This document shows, one piece after another, positions 52,821 through 64,000 of a stretch of 64,000 nt of DNA. Each line of letters starts with the position of its first letter. The stretch's first letter is position 1. The notes under the pieces were generated by a model. It ran no database searches, had not been told where the DNA came from, and saw only the letters and a list, made by a program, of their open reading frames with translations. The DNA comes from Octopus vulgaris. Lineage: Eukaryota. The translations under genes were made by a program, and so were the position numbers. Where the stretch lies: the NCBI GenBank assembly GCA_951406725.2, contig OX597823.1, positions 60,450,001-60,514,000 on the forward strand, written 5' to 3'.

Positions 52821-53106
52821 GCGCACACACACACACACACTCACACACATACATTTGTTTACTAAGATATATATATATATATATTTACTAAGATATTATA
52901 TATATAGCGGACGCTAAATGATGATGATATTATTTTATTCTTTTCCTTGTTTCAGTCATTTTACTGCAGCCATACCGGAGCACCACACACACACACACAC
53001 ATAAACACATACACACACACACAATACACACTCACAAATACACACACACACTCATACATATCAAAACAGGAGATTGGAAAATTTTTTTGGTATTATTTAT
53101 ATGCCA

Positions 53107-53503
53107 CTAGCAGTATCGCCCGGCGTTGCTCGGGTTTGTAAGGGAAATAACTATATAAGCATTTTTAGAGAGTTATAGCCAAATAATAGCAAAAAAATGC
53201 ATTAAAAATGGAAAAAAAATTATGGTAATTTTTTTTTTAAATCGTTGACTCATCGTAGACATTTTTAGAGAGTTACTTCTCTTATATAATATCGAAAAAA
53301 TGCATTAAAATGGGAAAAAATGATGGTAAATTTTTTTTAAATCGTAGACTCATCGTAGACGCGCGCTAATACCCAGAAGGGCTCGATATGAATCACGACT
53401 ATAAGATACCCGGCTTTGGTTAAACTGCACCGTAAAATGTGGGAGTAGTTAGGAATCTAAATCGTAGGAGACAGACACACAAACTTACTTTTATATATAA
53501 AGA
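53107..53503 (-). mobile_element. Non-autonomous Helitron
   Basis: 5' TC, subterminal hairpin cccgagcaacgccggg, 3' CTAG, inserted between A and T. Confidence 0.88.
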
Positions 53504-53619
53504 TTACAAATGTTTCATTTGCTAATAGGAGTTAAAAAATTGTACACGTAGGCTATACATGTGAAAAATTTCCCATTAGAAATTCTTCAAGCAGAGAATC
53601 AAATAAAAATGTACCATTT

Positions 53620-53960
53620 GATTCATCATCATCATCATTATCCTTTAACGTCTGCTTTCCATGCTAGCATGTGTTGGACGATTTGACTGGGGACTGGCAA
53701 ACCAGATGGCTGCTCCTGGCAATGGCCACGCTCAAATGGTGTTTTTTACATGCCACCTGCACAGGAGCCAGTTCAGAGGCACTGAAAACGACCTCACTCG
53801 AAGGTTTTTTCATGTGCCAGTAAGGCAACGCTGGTAACAATCACACTCGAATGGTGCTTTTTACATGCCACCGGCACAGAAGCCAGTTAGCTGCTATGGC
53901 AACGATCATGCTTGGATGGTACTATTAGTGCTCCACTAGCACAGATGCTAGTCATCAAAT
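53620..53960 (-). mobile_element. SINE family C with several internal tandem units
   Basis: Repeated ttttacatgcca.. units. Confidence 0.8.
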
Positions 53961-54274
53961 TTGATTTTGATTTTGATTCCGATTCTCTGATGAATTTCTA
54001 ATAAGAGATATGTTAAATGTTTTCTACTACATGTACAATTTTGTAACTCTTATTAGCAAATGAAACACATGTAATGATGAACAAATAATACAAAAAATTT
54101 TCCAATCTCTTGTTTTGTCATTATTTGGTTTACAGAAAATATTTTCAAGTATTTTCAACTCTTTTGCATACTTCAAAGAAATATAAGATCTCTTTATAGA
54201 TTTGGAATACTGAAATAAGCAGATATGTTTCAAGAGGACAGAGTTTTGGTTTTAAACCTATCTACATAATATAT

Positions 54275-54324
<50 letters not shown>

Positions 54325-54405
54325 TTATATGCATGTACGTACGTATGTATATACACACACACATATAGACATGTATATATATATACATATATATATATAT
54401 ACATA

Positions 54406-54445
<40 letters not shown>

Positions 54446-54589
54446 TATATTGGACAATTGTCTTCTAATGTAGCCCTTGGTCAATTAAAGCCATGAGAGT
54501 GGATTCGGTTGACAGAAACTGAAAGAAGCCTACTGTGAGTGTATGCACGAGTGTGTGGTGTGTCTGTCTGTCTGTCTGCTTGTGTATTC

Positions 54590-54980
54590 CTCCTCATGCC
54601 TGTCATCTCTTATGTCCCTGCTGTAAGGCTTCACCTCCACACACGCCAACTTAATTTAATTCATCCTTACTCGAAAGACATCTGTTGTTAATGTCCGTTA
54701 TTTTCATTTGTATTTGTGTACCATTTCTCCGTTTGTTTCCGTCCTTGTTTTCGTATACAATCGCTGCTTTCTTCCAAGGAAGCTAGTGTTCTTAGCTTAG
54801 CTTTTCCTTGGGGCTGGCCAGATTGGAGAAATCTTGAGTATAACCAGCCAAAATTGCAAAGATAATCTGGAACTTGACTGAGGAAAGAAAACTCCAAATG
54901 ACCTGTCCTTGTTTTTCTTGTCCCTTTTTTGTATCATCTGTCTGAATGTTTTGCGTTCTTGTCCCATTATTTGTATTTTT
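54590..54980 (+). mobile_element. Copy of the dispersed repeat at 43365-43770
   Basis: Direct alignment. Confidence 0.8.
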
Positions 54981-55019
54981 TTATATACATATGGTGGCGT
55001 ACGTACACTTTGGTTTCTA

Positions 55020-55066
<47 letters not shown>

Positions 55067-55814
55067 CGCGCGCGCACACATACATATACATACACATATA
55101 TTCATGTATATGTAGATATATGTATATCTACATGTCTCTATTTATTCATGCACAGACACTCTAACACAGATAAATACACACACACATATATGTATATACA
55201 TGTGTGTCTGTCTGTCTGTGTGTCTGTCTGTCTGTGTTTCTGTGTGTGTTTATGTTGTTTGTCTGTGTGTGTCTGTGTTTGTGTGTCTCTGTGTGTGTAT
55301 GTCTGTGTCATGTCTGTGTATGTGTGTGTGCATGCGTGTATGTGTGCGTGTATGTGTGCGAGTATGTGTGTGTGTTTGTGTGTAATTCAAGTGTTCAAAT
55401 AATTCTCATATATATATTGAAAATTATTATATTATGTAAAAGAATTTTTGCAAGTGTTTCATAAGAATGAAAAATATCAAGCTCAGAGCTGCTAATTAAC
55501 TGAAATGGAGGGGCACTCAAAACTAAAATCTAATTAACTAGAAATAATATATCTACCAGCCATAGTGAATCTCTAGACAATACGATTGTCAGTCAACCAA
55601 ACACCAGCATGTACTTAAAGACTTCATCAGTGAATAATTTGTATAGAATTTTCAAGTTGTGTGTATGGTTGTTTGTACACAACCTGAATTATCGATACTG
55701 TGCCGAAAAAGCACCTACAAAATGGAATATGCACTCGTAAACAATTTACAGAGCAAAACGAATTGCTAAAGGGTTTGAGTTAGTATAAGTCAACAAGGAA
55801 CTTGCAAAAGTTGT

Positions 55815-55876
<62 letters not shown>

Positions 55877-56343
55877 CATCGTCATCATTATCATCATTTA
55901 AGGTCCATTTTCCATGCCGGCATGGGTTGGACAGTTTAACAGGAACTGGTTAGCTACAAGACTGTGCTAAGCACTACTGCCTGTTTTTGCATGGTTTCTA
56001 CAGCTGAATATCCTATGTAAAACCAACATAATTTTATAAATACAAATATATATATATATATATGTACCTTCGAAACGCGGAGAAGATGAAACAGGGGCAA
56101 CTGAAGAAGGGGAATATTCCTTGTGTTGTATGTCTTGTACTCTGTTTTTTTTTGTTGTTTGAAAAAAGTTCGTTTCTATGTTTTTGTTTTTATGCTTTCG
56201 TTTCTCATTGTGTTCCACGTTTTTTATGTCCTGTACCCATATATGCATATATATACATATATATGTAGGTATGTACATATATGTATGTATATATGCATAT
56301 ATTTATATATATTATATATGTATATATATATACATACACATAC

Positions 56344-56390
<47 letters not shown>

Positions 56391-56593
56391 TGTATCATGT
56401 TGAACCATTCATCCCTACACATTTTTTTCTCTCGTTTCTTTTTGTTCCTTCTTAATCCTTTCTGTCGAAGAGCATAGGCTCAAAATATCAACGTCTATTC
56501 CTTTATTCACAAGTGTTAAACTAACACCTTCTTGTTGTTCTTTCACCCATCTTTGTCTTTGTCTTTTGTTTTCTGTAGATTTGAACTATGTGT

Positions 56594-56632
<39 letters not shown>

Positions 56633-56649
56633 TGTGTACATATATATAG

Positions 56650-56935
56650 TTCAAATCCATGGAATTTTAAAAAAACATTTGGCCAACCATCTTTCTGCAT
56701 TTAAATATATTCATAAACGTAATACTACAGGTCTTAGTAAACTAATTTGGCACCTCAAAGACTGTAATAAACAATTTTCTTTAGAATGAAAAATTTTGTC
56801 AAGATCTTTTCCCTTACGGACGAACAACGATTTATCCTTTTTTCGAAACACACACACACACACACACTGGTCAATACCTATAAAGAACGTGTTTACAGGT
56901 GTTTACATTGGGAAAAACATACTTTCAGCTATTTC
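56650..56935 (+). pseudogene. Degenerate PLE GIY-YIG fragment, same family as 1114-1695
   Basis: LANHLSAFK...RNTTGLSKLIWHLKD.N..FSLE*KILS.SFP...LVNT..E.VY.C.HW.KHTF. Confidence 0.8.
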
Positions 56936-57177
56936 AAATAATATCTGCCCTCTTGCCGAATAATATTTGCAACTTAAACTTTATTCTTTTCATTACATAC
57001 ATCCTATTCTTTCCTTCTTCTTTTCTATCTATCTGTCATTCCCTTTCTATTTGTTTATACCTCCATTACTCCTTTAATTCTCTTTCTTCTTTCTCTTCTT
57101 TTCTCCTCTTGTAACGTCATATTTCTTAATGGTATTTAAAAATTACTAGCGTTCCCTTTCCACCTTTGTTTTCCATA

Positions 57178-57571
57178 TCTTTATATATAAAAGAAAGGTT
57201 GTGTGTCTGTCTACTCCGATTTAGATTCCTAACTACTCCCACATTTTGTGATGCAGTTTAACCAAAACCGGGTATCTTATAGTCGTGATTCATATCGAGC
57301 CCTTCTAGGTATTAGCGCGCGTCCACGATGAGTCTACGATTTAAAAAAAAATTTACCATCATTTTTTTCCATTTTTAATGCATTTTTGGCATATAATAAG
57401 GGAAGTAACTCTCTAAAAATTTATTATTAAATCTCAGAACGTAAAAAGCTACAGTAACACCCCCCCTTTGTGGCTAGCCATATTGAGATGGCTATTATAC
57501 TTTACATCTCTAAAAATGCTTATATAGTTATTTCCCTTACAAATCCGAGCAACGCCGGGCGATACTGCTAG
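57178..57571 (+). mobile_element. Non-autonomous Helitron, same family as 53107-53503
   Basis: A|TC...ccgagcaacgccgg...CTAG|T. Confidence 0.88.
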
Positions 57572-57893
57572 TATTATATATTATAGTTTCTTACTTCTGT
57601 AAAAATGGCTTATTCATGAGATTGATGCTTTTTTCCACATTATACTTCCTCTCAGATTTTTTTAATTGTATCAACCGAAACATGTGTTGGTGATATGGTG
57701 ATGTAAATGATTTAAATAACATCTTGTGCGTTTGTCTCCATTTTCCATTATTCTGATGTTCTCCAAAACATGTCGCACTTCTCCTCGGAATTATCACCTA
57801 TGCAAGTGTGATTAACAATTTCTTAGGTGCTTATGTGACATTTGGCTACCCTGTAATTGTTCCACTGTTTTCTTTCCGTGTAAATTGAGCATT

Positions 57894-57978
<85 letters not shown>

Positions 57979-58049
57979 GTGTGTGACAGAGAAAGTAGTC
58001 TTTGTGTGTGGCAAATATATAAGTACAATAAACACTAGAAATGTACAGA

Positions 58050-58645
58050 AAATAGACTTCGTCAAATGCCAGGGGAGATTCTTAGAAGTAATAAATTGCT
58101 TTCGTTATTGAGGGGACCAAGACAACAGTGGATGTGGATGCTCCGAGAGTATAGCTGCTAGAAAATGAATAGGCTGGGTAAGGTTCAGTGAGCTTCTATT
58201 TTTGTTGGTAACAAAGGGCTGCTCCCTCAGTAAAAGGCAGATTGCACGATACCTGTGTGTGAACAGCCATGCTACACAGCAGTGAAACATAGGCTGTGAC
58301 TGCAGAAGACATGCAGAAGACATGCAAAGGCTTGAAAGAAATGCTTTACTGGATGGGGAATGTCAGTGTGCACGTATGACAGAATGTAAGCATCTTGACA
58401 GAAAAATTGAGCATAAGAGGCATTAGATGTCAAATGCAAGAGAGAAGACTGCGCTAGAATGGTCATGTGATGCATATGGATGAAGACACCTGTATAAAGA
58501 AGTACTGATCTCTAATTGTCCAGGCAACCTGTAGAAGAGATAGACTCAGAGAGACATAGGGCAAGGTGGTGAAGCATGATCGTCAGATGTTAAGTTTCAC
58601 AGAGGCAATGACAAGTAATTGAAACTTTTGGAGATTTACTGTGTT
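58050..58645 (+). mobile_element. Degenerate RTE LINE fragment, same family as 1-540
   Basis: Alignable to 1-426 (gaacagccatgctaca..gcagtgaaacat.ggc) with stops and frameshifts. Confidence 0.85.
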
Positions 58646-58647
58646 TA

Positions 58648-58848
58648 TGTTGTAGGGAATTAGTAATAATGGTACACCCTTCCTACGTGACAAATGGAAT
58701 AATCTAGTCACTATAAGTAAAGAGAAGTATATGAAGTACTGAAGTACGTAGTAGGCAGTCAGTGATAGTCGTGTCTTTACTGGTTTTACTAAGTATGATG
58801 TATACCAGAGTGGGCATTATATCAATCCAACATTTTAAGGATATAACA
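58648..58848 (+). mobile_element. Gypsy LTR (TG...CA) followed by a PBS-like sequence
   Basis: tgttgtag...atataaca then gtggtggcaagg, directly upstream of gag. Confidence 0.65.
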
Positions 58849-58974
58849 GTGGTGGCAAGGAGTTAAACAACTCACAAAGAATTAATGAACTTGACGAAGA
58901 TAAACCAATTCAAGTTGAGTTAATAGAACCTCAAAGAGAAGTTAATAATTTCACAAAGTTGGTGTACGAATTTT

Positions 58975-59415
58975 ATGAAAAATCATATGGAAAATTTGTT
59001 GACAGGTTTGCTCGAGTTGCAAAAACAGCAGCAACAGCTGAAAGAACAACAACAACAACAACAGATACGACTGCAACAACAGAAGCAAGAAAAAACATAT
59101 AGTATTACACCAACAAATGCTACAGTTACTGAAGTTATCAAGAAAGTCAGAAAAAGTGTTCTTGCCAGACTATATTGCAAACTCTACAATAGAGTTCAGA
59201 TATGAACCAGACGAAGGAGTTACCTTCAAGGTATACTACAGAAGATCTTTTTATTTTTCATCTTTTACTGGCTTTATTTTCGATAAAGAATGTAAAGATT
59301 TGGATGCCGAAATGAAAACGTGCTTAATCTTAAGAAAACTGGCAGCAACAGAACATGAACAATACAGTAATTATGTACTCCCAAGAAAACCTTTGGACAT
59401 AAACTTTAATGATGC
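58975..59415 (+). pseudogene. Gypsy gag N-terminal relic, frameshifted
   Basis: polyQ then IANS..EFRYEPDEGVTF..YYRR...IF..EC.D.....K..LILRKL...EHEQY.NYVLPRKP.DINF. Confidence 0.85.
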
Positions 59416-59418
59416 TCA

Positions 59419-59829
59419 TACCCACTTACTGGATTCTGTCTACGCAGAAATATAGTTTATAAGTGTTGTGTAGAGATACCTTCCATACATATTGTAAGGG
59501 TTTACATAGGAAGTACCACTGATTTTAGGTATCACTATAAGGTTCATTTGAATTCGTTTATTAACTTAAGATATAAATTTACAACAATGCTTGCCACATA
59601 TAATCACAAACTTAAGCTAACGAATATACAATACTCATTATGTTGGTCTATAATAGCAGAAGCCTCTCCATATAATACAATTACACGTGTATGTAAATTA
59701 TGTATTAAAGAATCTATAAACATTCCCTGTCGATATAATTCTACATTATTGAATAAGTTCTCTTATGCTTTGTACTCTTGTAACCATAGATACTATTCAA
59801 CATTTAAGCATTTTGATCAATCTGGATAG
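59419..59829 (+). CDS. Open PLE GIY-YIG endonuclease domain (5'-truncated element, no own start codon)
   Basis: PLTGFCL..NIVYKC.V......VYIGSTT.F..HY..H..SF...WSII..A.PY......CKLCIKE...LLN......CNH, uninterrupted frame. Confidence 0.85.
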   Translation, partial: YPLTGFCLRRNIVYKCCVEIPSIHIVRVYIGSTTDFRYHYKVHLNSFINLRYKFTTMLATYNHKLKLTNIQYSLCWSIIAEASPYNTITRVCKLCIKESINIPCRYNSTLLNKFSYALYSCNHRYYSTFKHFDQSG

Positions 59830-60071
59830 ATTGACTATTGAACTCTATAATTAGCTACATTCCACTTAATATTTATACTCGCATCCCTCCCTCTCCTTTC
59901 TCTTAGTGAATAATTACTCGCTTATAATCTACCATATTTTCTAAATTTACTTCCCACAATTCTTGCTATAACATTTCCTCTTCCTGCTAACACATAAAGC
60001 TCTTTATAAAACCAAACACCCATTTACTCATTATGACAGTATATGAGATGTGAATTCTTAACTAAGATATT

Positions 60072-60159
60072 CTCCCTGATGAAGGAGGCAGTGTCTAAAA
60101 TTTGGATAGGAATATCCTTTATTTGCATGGATTAGTGTACCCTTGAAACTACGTCGGAG
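60072..60159 (+). ncRNA. Minimal type I hammerhead ribozyme in the PLE 3' region
   Basis: ctcc-CTGATGA-agg...cctt-GAAAC-tac-GTC^-ggag, about 240 nt after the GIY-YIG stop. Confidence 0.82.
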
Positions 60160-61238
60160 TATCACCACCTAATTCTTGAAATTGGAGTACCACCATCTAA
60201 TCGTTGGAAACTTTACCTTCCTGCTGGTTGCTTGAATATTTCTTTATTCACCTTTTCCCGAAGATTTACACTTTTATATTTTTCATATCTTTTTCACAAT
60301 CTGTAAGTCAGACATCTTCAATATATACCTCTTAAGATTCTAATATATCTTTATACATCAGTATAGTTTTTCTACCCACATATGTCTATTCTATTGTTTT
60401 ATATTTATGTATCTGTAAATTTTTTATATTTTTTTTCAATATTTCAGTGTGTGATACATTAAATGTATTTCATAATTTGCATACACCAGTTTTATGGCTG
60501 AGTATATGTTGTATTATTATTCTAAACTGTTGAACCTACCTGAATTCTCCTTTTAAATATAATATACATATCTAATATTTCAGGTAGTCTATCTGAGCAC
60601 TTCACAGTGCTGCCTATATAATAAAAAAAAATATAATCATATATATATATATATATATATATACATACTTAAAAAACATATGTAATCTTGAAAAACCTCA
60701 CTTTTTTTGTCATTGAAATAAACAGTACTGTGCTCTGTCTTGTTATCTATTTTTTTTAGTACTTTTTTTACATTCAAGTATAATGCTACTACCACACTTG
60801 AACTCTGACGTTTTTTGCATAATATTTTTTGTATTATAGATTATTATGCATGGCATACATCTGTGTGTGTGTGTGTGTGTTTGTGTGTGTGTATGCGTGT
60901 GTATGTGTGTGTGTGTGGCAATTTCCCAAAACTAACATGTCTACAATGTACTTTTAATTCTCAGTCATAGCAATCTCTCTTATTCTTTTAATGCTTATGG
61001 AAAAAGTATGGAAATCACATCTCTTATTCTCTCTATCAAAATGGTACTAATTTAGCAAGTCTCCCATTGCTGGATACCTTTCGATCAGTTTTTGTATCAG
61101 AAAAAGTTACAAGCCTCTTATATAATGCTTTTTGCTAATATCAACCTAGATCTAATCAACATAGGTATTAATTGGAGGGCCCATGAAAGCCAATAGCACA
61201 ATCTTTTTCCTTGGACCAAACTAAAATATATCTCTTAT

Positions 61239-61576
61239 GCTGAGACCCCTTCGGTCATGACTGACCATGGGATTGCACCTAGGAAGTTACCCTCCCAGGC
61301 ACAAGTCCGGGCAAGGTTGTTTATGGAAGACCAGCAGTCGCCCAAGCATACCGGCCTCCCCTACCCATGCCACTAGTGTTATCCAAGTGAAAGGCAAAGG
61401 CCGATACAGCTTGGCACCTGTGATGTTGCAACTCATTTCTACAGCTGAGTGAACTGGAGCAACGTGAAATAAAGTGTCTTGCTCAAGAACACAACTCACA
61501 GCCCGGTCCTGGATTCGAACTCACAACCTTGCAATCGTAAGCTCAATGCTCTAACCACTGAGCCATGCGCCTTCAC
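61239..61576 (-). mobile_element. Full-length tRNA-derived SINE family D with 12-bp TSD
   Basis: A box TGGCTCAGTGG, B box GTTCGAATCC, CTTGAGCAAGACACT domain; TSD tatatctcttat at 61227-61238 / 61577-61588. Confidence 0.92.
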
Positions 61577-61589
61577 TATATCTCTTATA

Positions 61590-61768
61590 TGTTTCTGTCA
61601 TTTGACTGAGGCGATGCTGGGGCACCACCTTAAAGAATTTTTAGTAAGATGAACCAATCCGATTACTTATTTTTCTAAGCCTGGTATGCTGTTATGGGGA
61701 TGTAAACACACCACTGCCCGTTGTCAAGCAGTGGCAGGGGACAAACACAAACACAAAGTCACACACAA

Positions 61769-61820
<52 letters not shown>

Positions 61821-61989
61821 ATATGTGGTGAGTTTCTTTCAGTTTACATCAACTAAATCCACTCACAAGGCTTCGGTTGGCCTGAGGCTATAGAAGAAGA
61901 CATTTGCCCATGGTGCCAAGTAGTGGGACTGAACTGGGAATCATGTGGTTGAGAAGCAAGCTTCTTACCACACAGCCACAGCTGCACCT
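61590..61989 (-). mobile_element. SINE family A, older copy
   Basis: Alignment to the family. Confidence 0.82.
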
Positions 61990-62599
61990 ATAAATGTGTG
62001 TAAATAAATATATAAAATCATTAAAATGCTCTACTCCACCCTGCCCTGGAAGTCATCAGCTTCCAGAAAAACATCAACAGCCTTCATTTCCTTGGTTTTG
62101 GTATAATTAAGAATGGTAACTGCAGCGCATGCAGGGATGGGTTTATGCATGAGCTAATATGGGCCATGACCAGGGCCCTACAGCATGGAGGGTTTCCAAG
62201 CATTTAGGACCCCCAACTATTGGAGTGGGGGTTCATTGACTCAGAGAACCCTAAAGCTTGGATTTAAAAACTTTTTGCTGATGGAATGAGGTAGCTCTGT
62301 GACAGGATAGTTCTCATCGCTCTCTTCTGTTTAGAGATTGCTGACGTGGGTACATGCCTCTTGACCCTACATGGCCTGTGAGCCCTGGATATGTTACTAC
62401 TGCTGCCATTGCTGCTACCACCTTGTCTGTCAGCATGTGAGCACCCTTCACTTTTGCTGTCATCGTCACACTCCACCTCATGCTCCCAGCAGCCACTTTG
62501 TAAACAGAAATTGAGTTTGTACTTCAGCATTGTTGCAATCTAAAGACTGAAACAAGTAACAGAGATTAAATAGTTTGTAATTTTTGTTTTTAATCAAGG

Positions 62600-62681
62600 A
62601 GAGTTCTTTTAAAACTATTGAGCTCTCTTTTGATATAGTGGACCTGCAAAATCTTTGACTAATCCAGCCTCTGTGTGTGAT

Positions 62682-62719
<38 letters not shown>

Positions 62720-62814
62720 CGAATGTTTGCAAGTAGAGTTCTTTTTAAATTATTGAGCTCTCTTTTGATATAGTGGACCTGCAAAATCTTTGGCTAATCC
62801 AGCCCTCTGTGTGT

Positions 62815-62884
<70 letters not shown>

Positions 62885-63082
62885 ATGTTTGCAAGTAGAG
62901 TTCTTTAAAAATTATTGAGCTCTCTTTTGATATAGTGGACCGCAAAATCTTCGGCTAATCCAGCCCTGTGTGTGTGTGTGTGTGATTGTGTGCGCGTGTG
63001 TGCGTGTGTGTGTGCATGTGTGTGCACGTGTGTATGTGTGTGCACGTGTGCATGTGTGAGAGAGAGAGCGTGAATGTTTGCA
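62600..63082. repeat. Three tandem units, each a 70-bp conserved block plus variable (GT)n(GA)n
   Basis: tattgagctctcttttgatatagtggacc.gcaaaatctt.g.ctaatccagcc three times. Confidence 0.9.
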
Positions 63083-63573
63083 CGTTGTATTTCCTTGTCT
63101 TGTTATCACTTGGTAGTTGTAAAATGATTGTCACTATCATACAAGCAGCGTCATTCATTTCCAGTATTCTGTAAGAATGTGTCTGGCAATGGGGAAATAT
63201 TATTTTACATGGAAACAGGTGAAAGTTGACAACAGGAATTGAAATCTGACAATGGAAAAATCTACCTCGAAAAACTCCATCCAATCCATACAAGCATGGA
63301 AAAATGGACATTAAACAACAGCGTCTACAGCAACAAAAACGATGATGACAACAACTTGCTGAACTACTGATATAATATATTAAGACCTTATACTAAATAT
63401 TACCGTTCCTGGCTGAACTCATGAAACACTCATAACTGGGAAAGGAGGAATGCACAACATATGGCCAGCCAGGTCACTGAATACTCTGGCATTGGTTCTG
63501 TTTGTTAACATATTTTCATGGCTTTTGCATATCATATCAACATTTGTATAAAACAAAAATATAGTTTGTGAGT

Positions 63574-63956
63574 CTACTATAGCCTCGGGCGAACCAAAGC
63601 CTTGTGAGTGAATTTGGTAGACGGAAACTGAATGAAGCCCATCGTATATGTGTGTGTGTGTGTGTTGTGTGTGTGTGTGTGTTTGAGAGAGAGTGTGTGT
63701 GTGTGTGTGAGAGAGAGAATGTGTGTGTGTGAGTGTATGTTTGTGTGTCTGTGTTTGTTCCCCTCCTAACATCGCTTGACAACTGATGCTGGTGTGCTTA
63801 CGTCCCCGTAACTTAGCAGTTCAGCAAAAGAGACCGATAGAATAAGTACTAGGCTTACAAAGAATAAGTCCTGGGGGCCGATTTGCTCGACTAAAAGGCA
63901 GTACTCCAGCATGGCTGCAGTCAAATGACTGAAACAAGTAAAAGAGTAAAAGAGAG
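63574..63956 (+). mobile_element. SINE family A, 5' truncated
   Basis: Alignment to the family. Confidence 0.9.
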
Positions 63957-64000
63957 TCCCATGCTCACACCATTCTTCATTGACCTATGTTTTATTTCTT

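Noticed and set aside
59410-59412. In-frame TGA just before the Cys-rich GIY-YIG linker, which might suggest a selenocysteine-type (Naiad) PLE
   Set aside because: It falls at the gag/PLE junction within gag-frame codons (aat gat), does not align to an expected Cys, and I identified no SECIS
61500-61576. tRNA gene
   Set aside because: The A and B boxes belong to a SINE head that continues into a SINE body bounded by TSDs

Overview
AT-rich animal genomic DNA saturated with microsatellites and interspersed repeats. The repeat repertoire is most consistent with a cephalopod (Octopus-like) genome; this is an inference, not a database result. I cannot support any intact host protein-coding gene, and nearly all ORFs in the supplied track are microsatellite or SINE read-throughs. 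Recognisable content: four tRNA-type/LINE-tailed SINE families (about 40 copies); fragments of RTE, CR1-like and R4/Dong LINEs; two Gypsy gag relics (one with LTR and PBS); Tc1/mariner relics; piggyBac-type MITEs; two near-complete non-autonomous Helitrons; and many Penelope-like element (PLE) derivatives (three GIY-YIG endonuclease fragments, one RT fragment, partially inverted short elements). The most notable signal is a dense set of minimal type I hammerhead ribozymes (HHR) in these PLE derivatives: five have a canonical core, and families with recurrent core variants (CUGUNGA, CCGACGA, CUGAAGA+G) include a pair showing stem covariation. Also unexplained are a tandem pair of about 335-bp units forming long conserved fold-back structures, and an ancient triplicated non-coding block.
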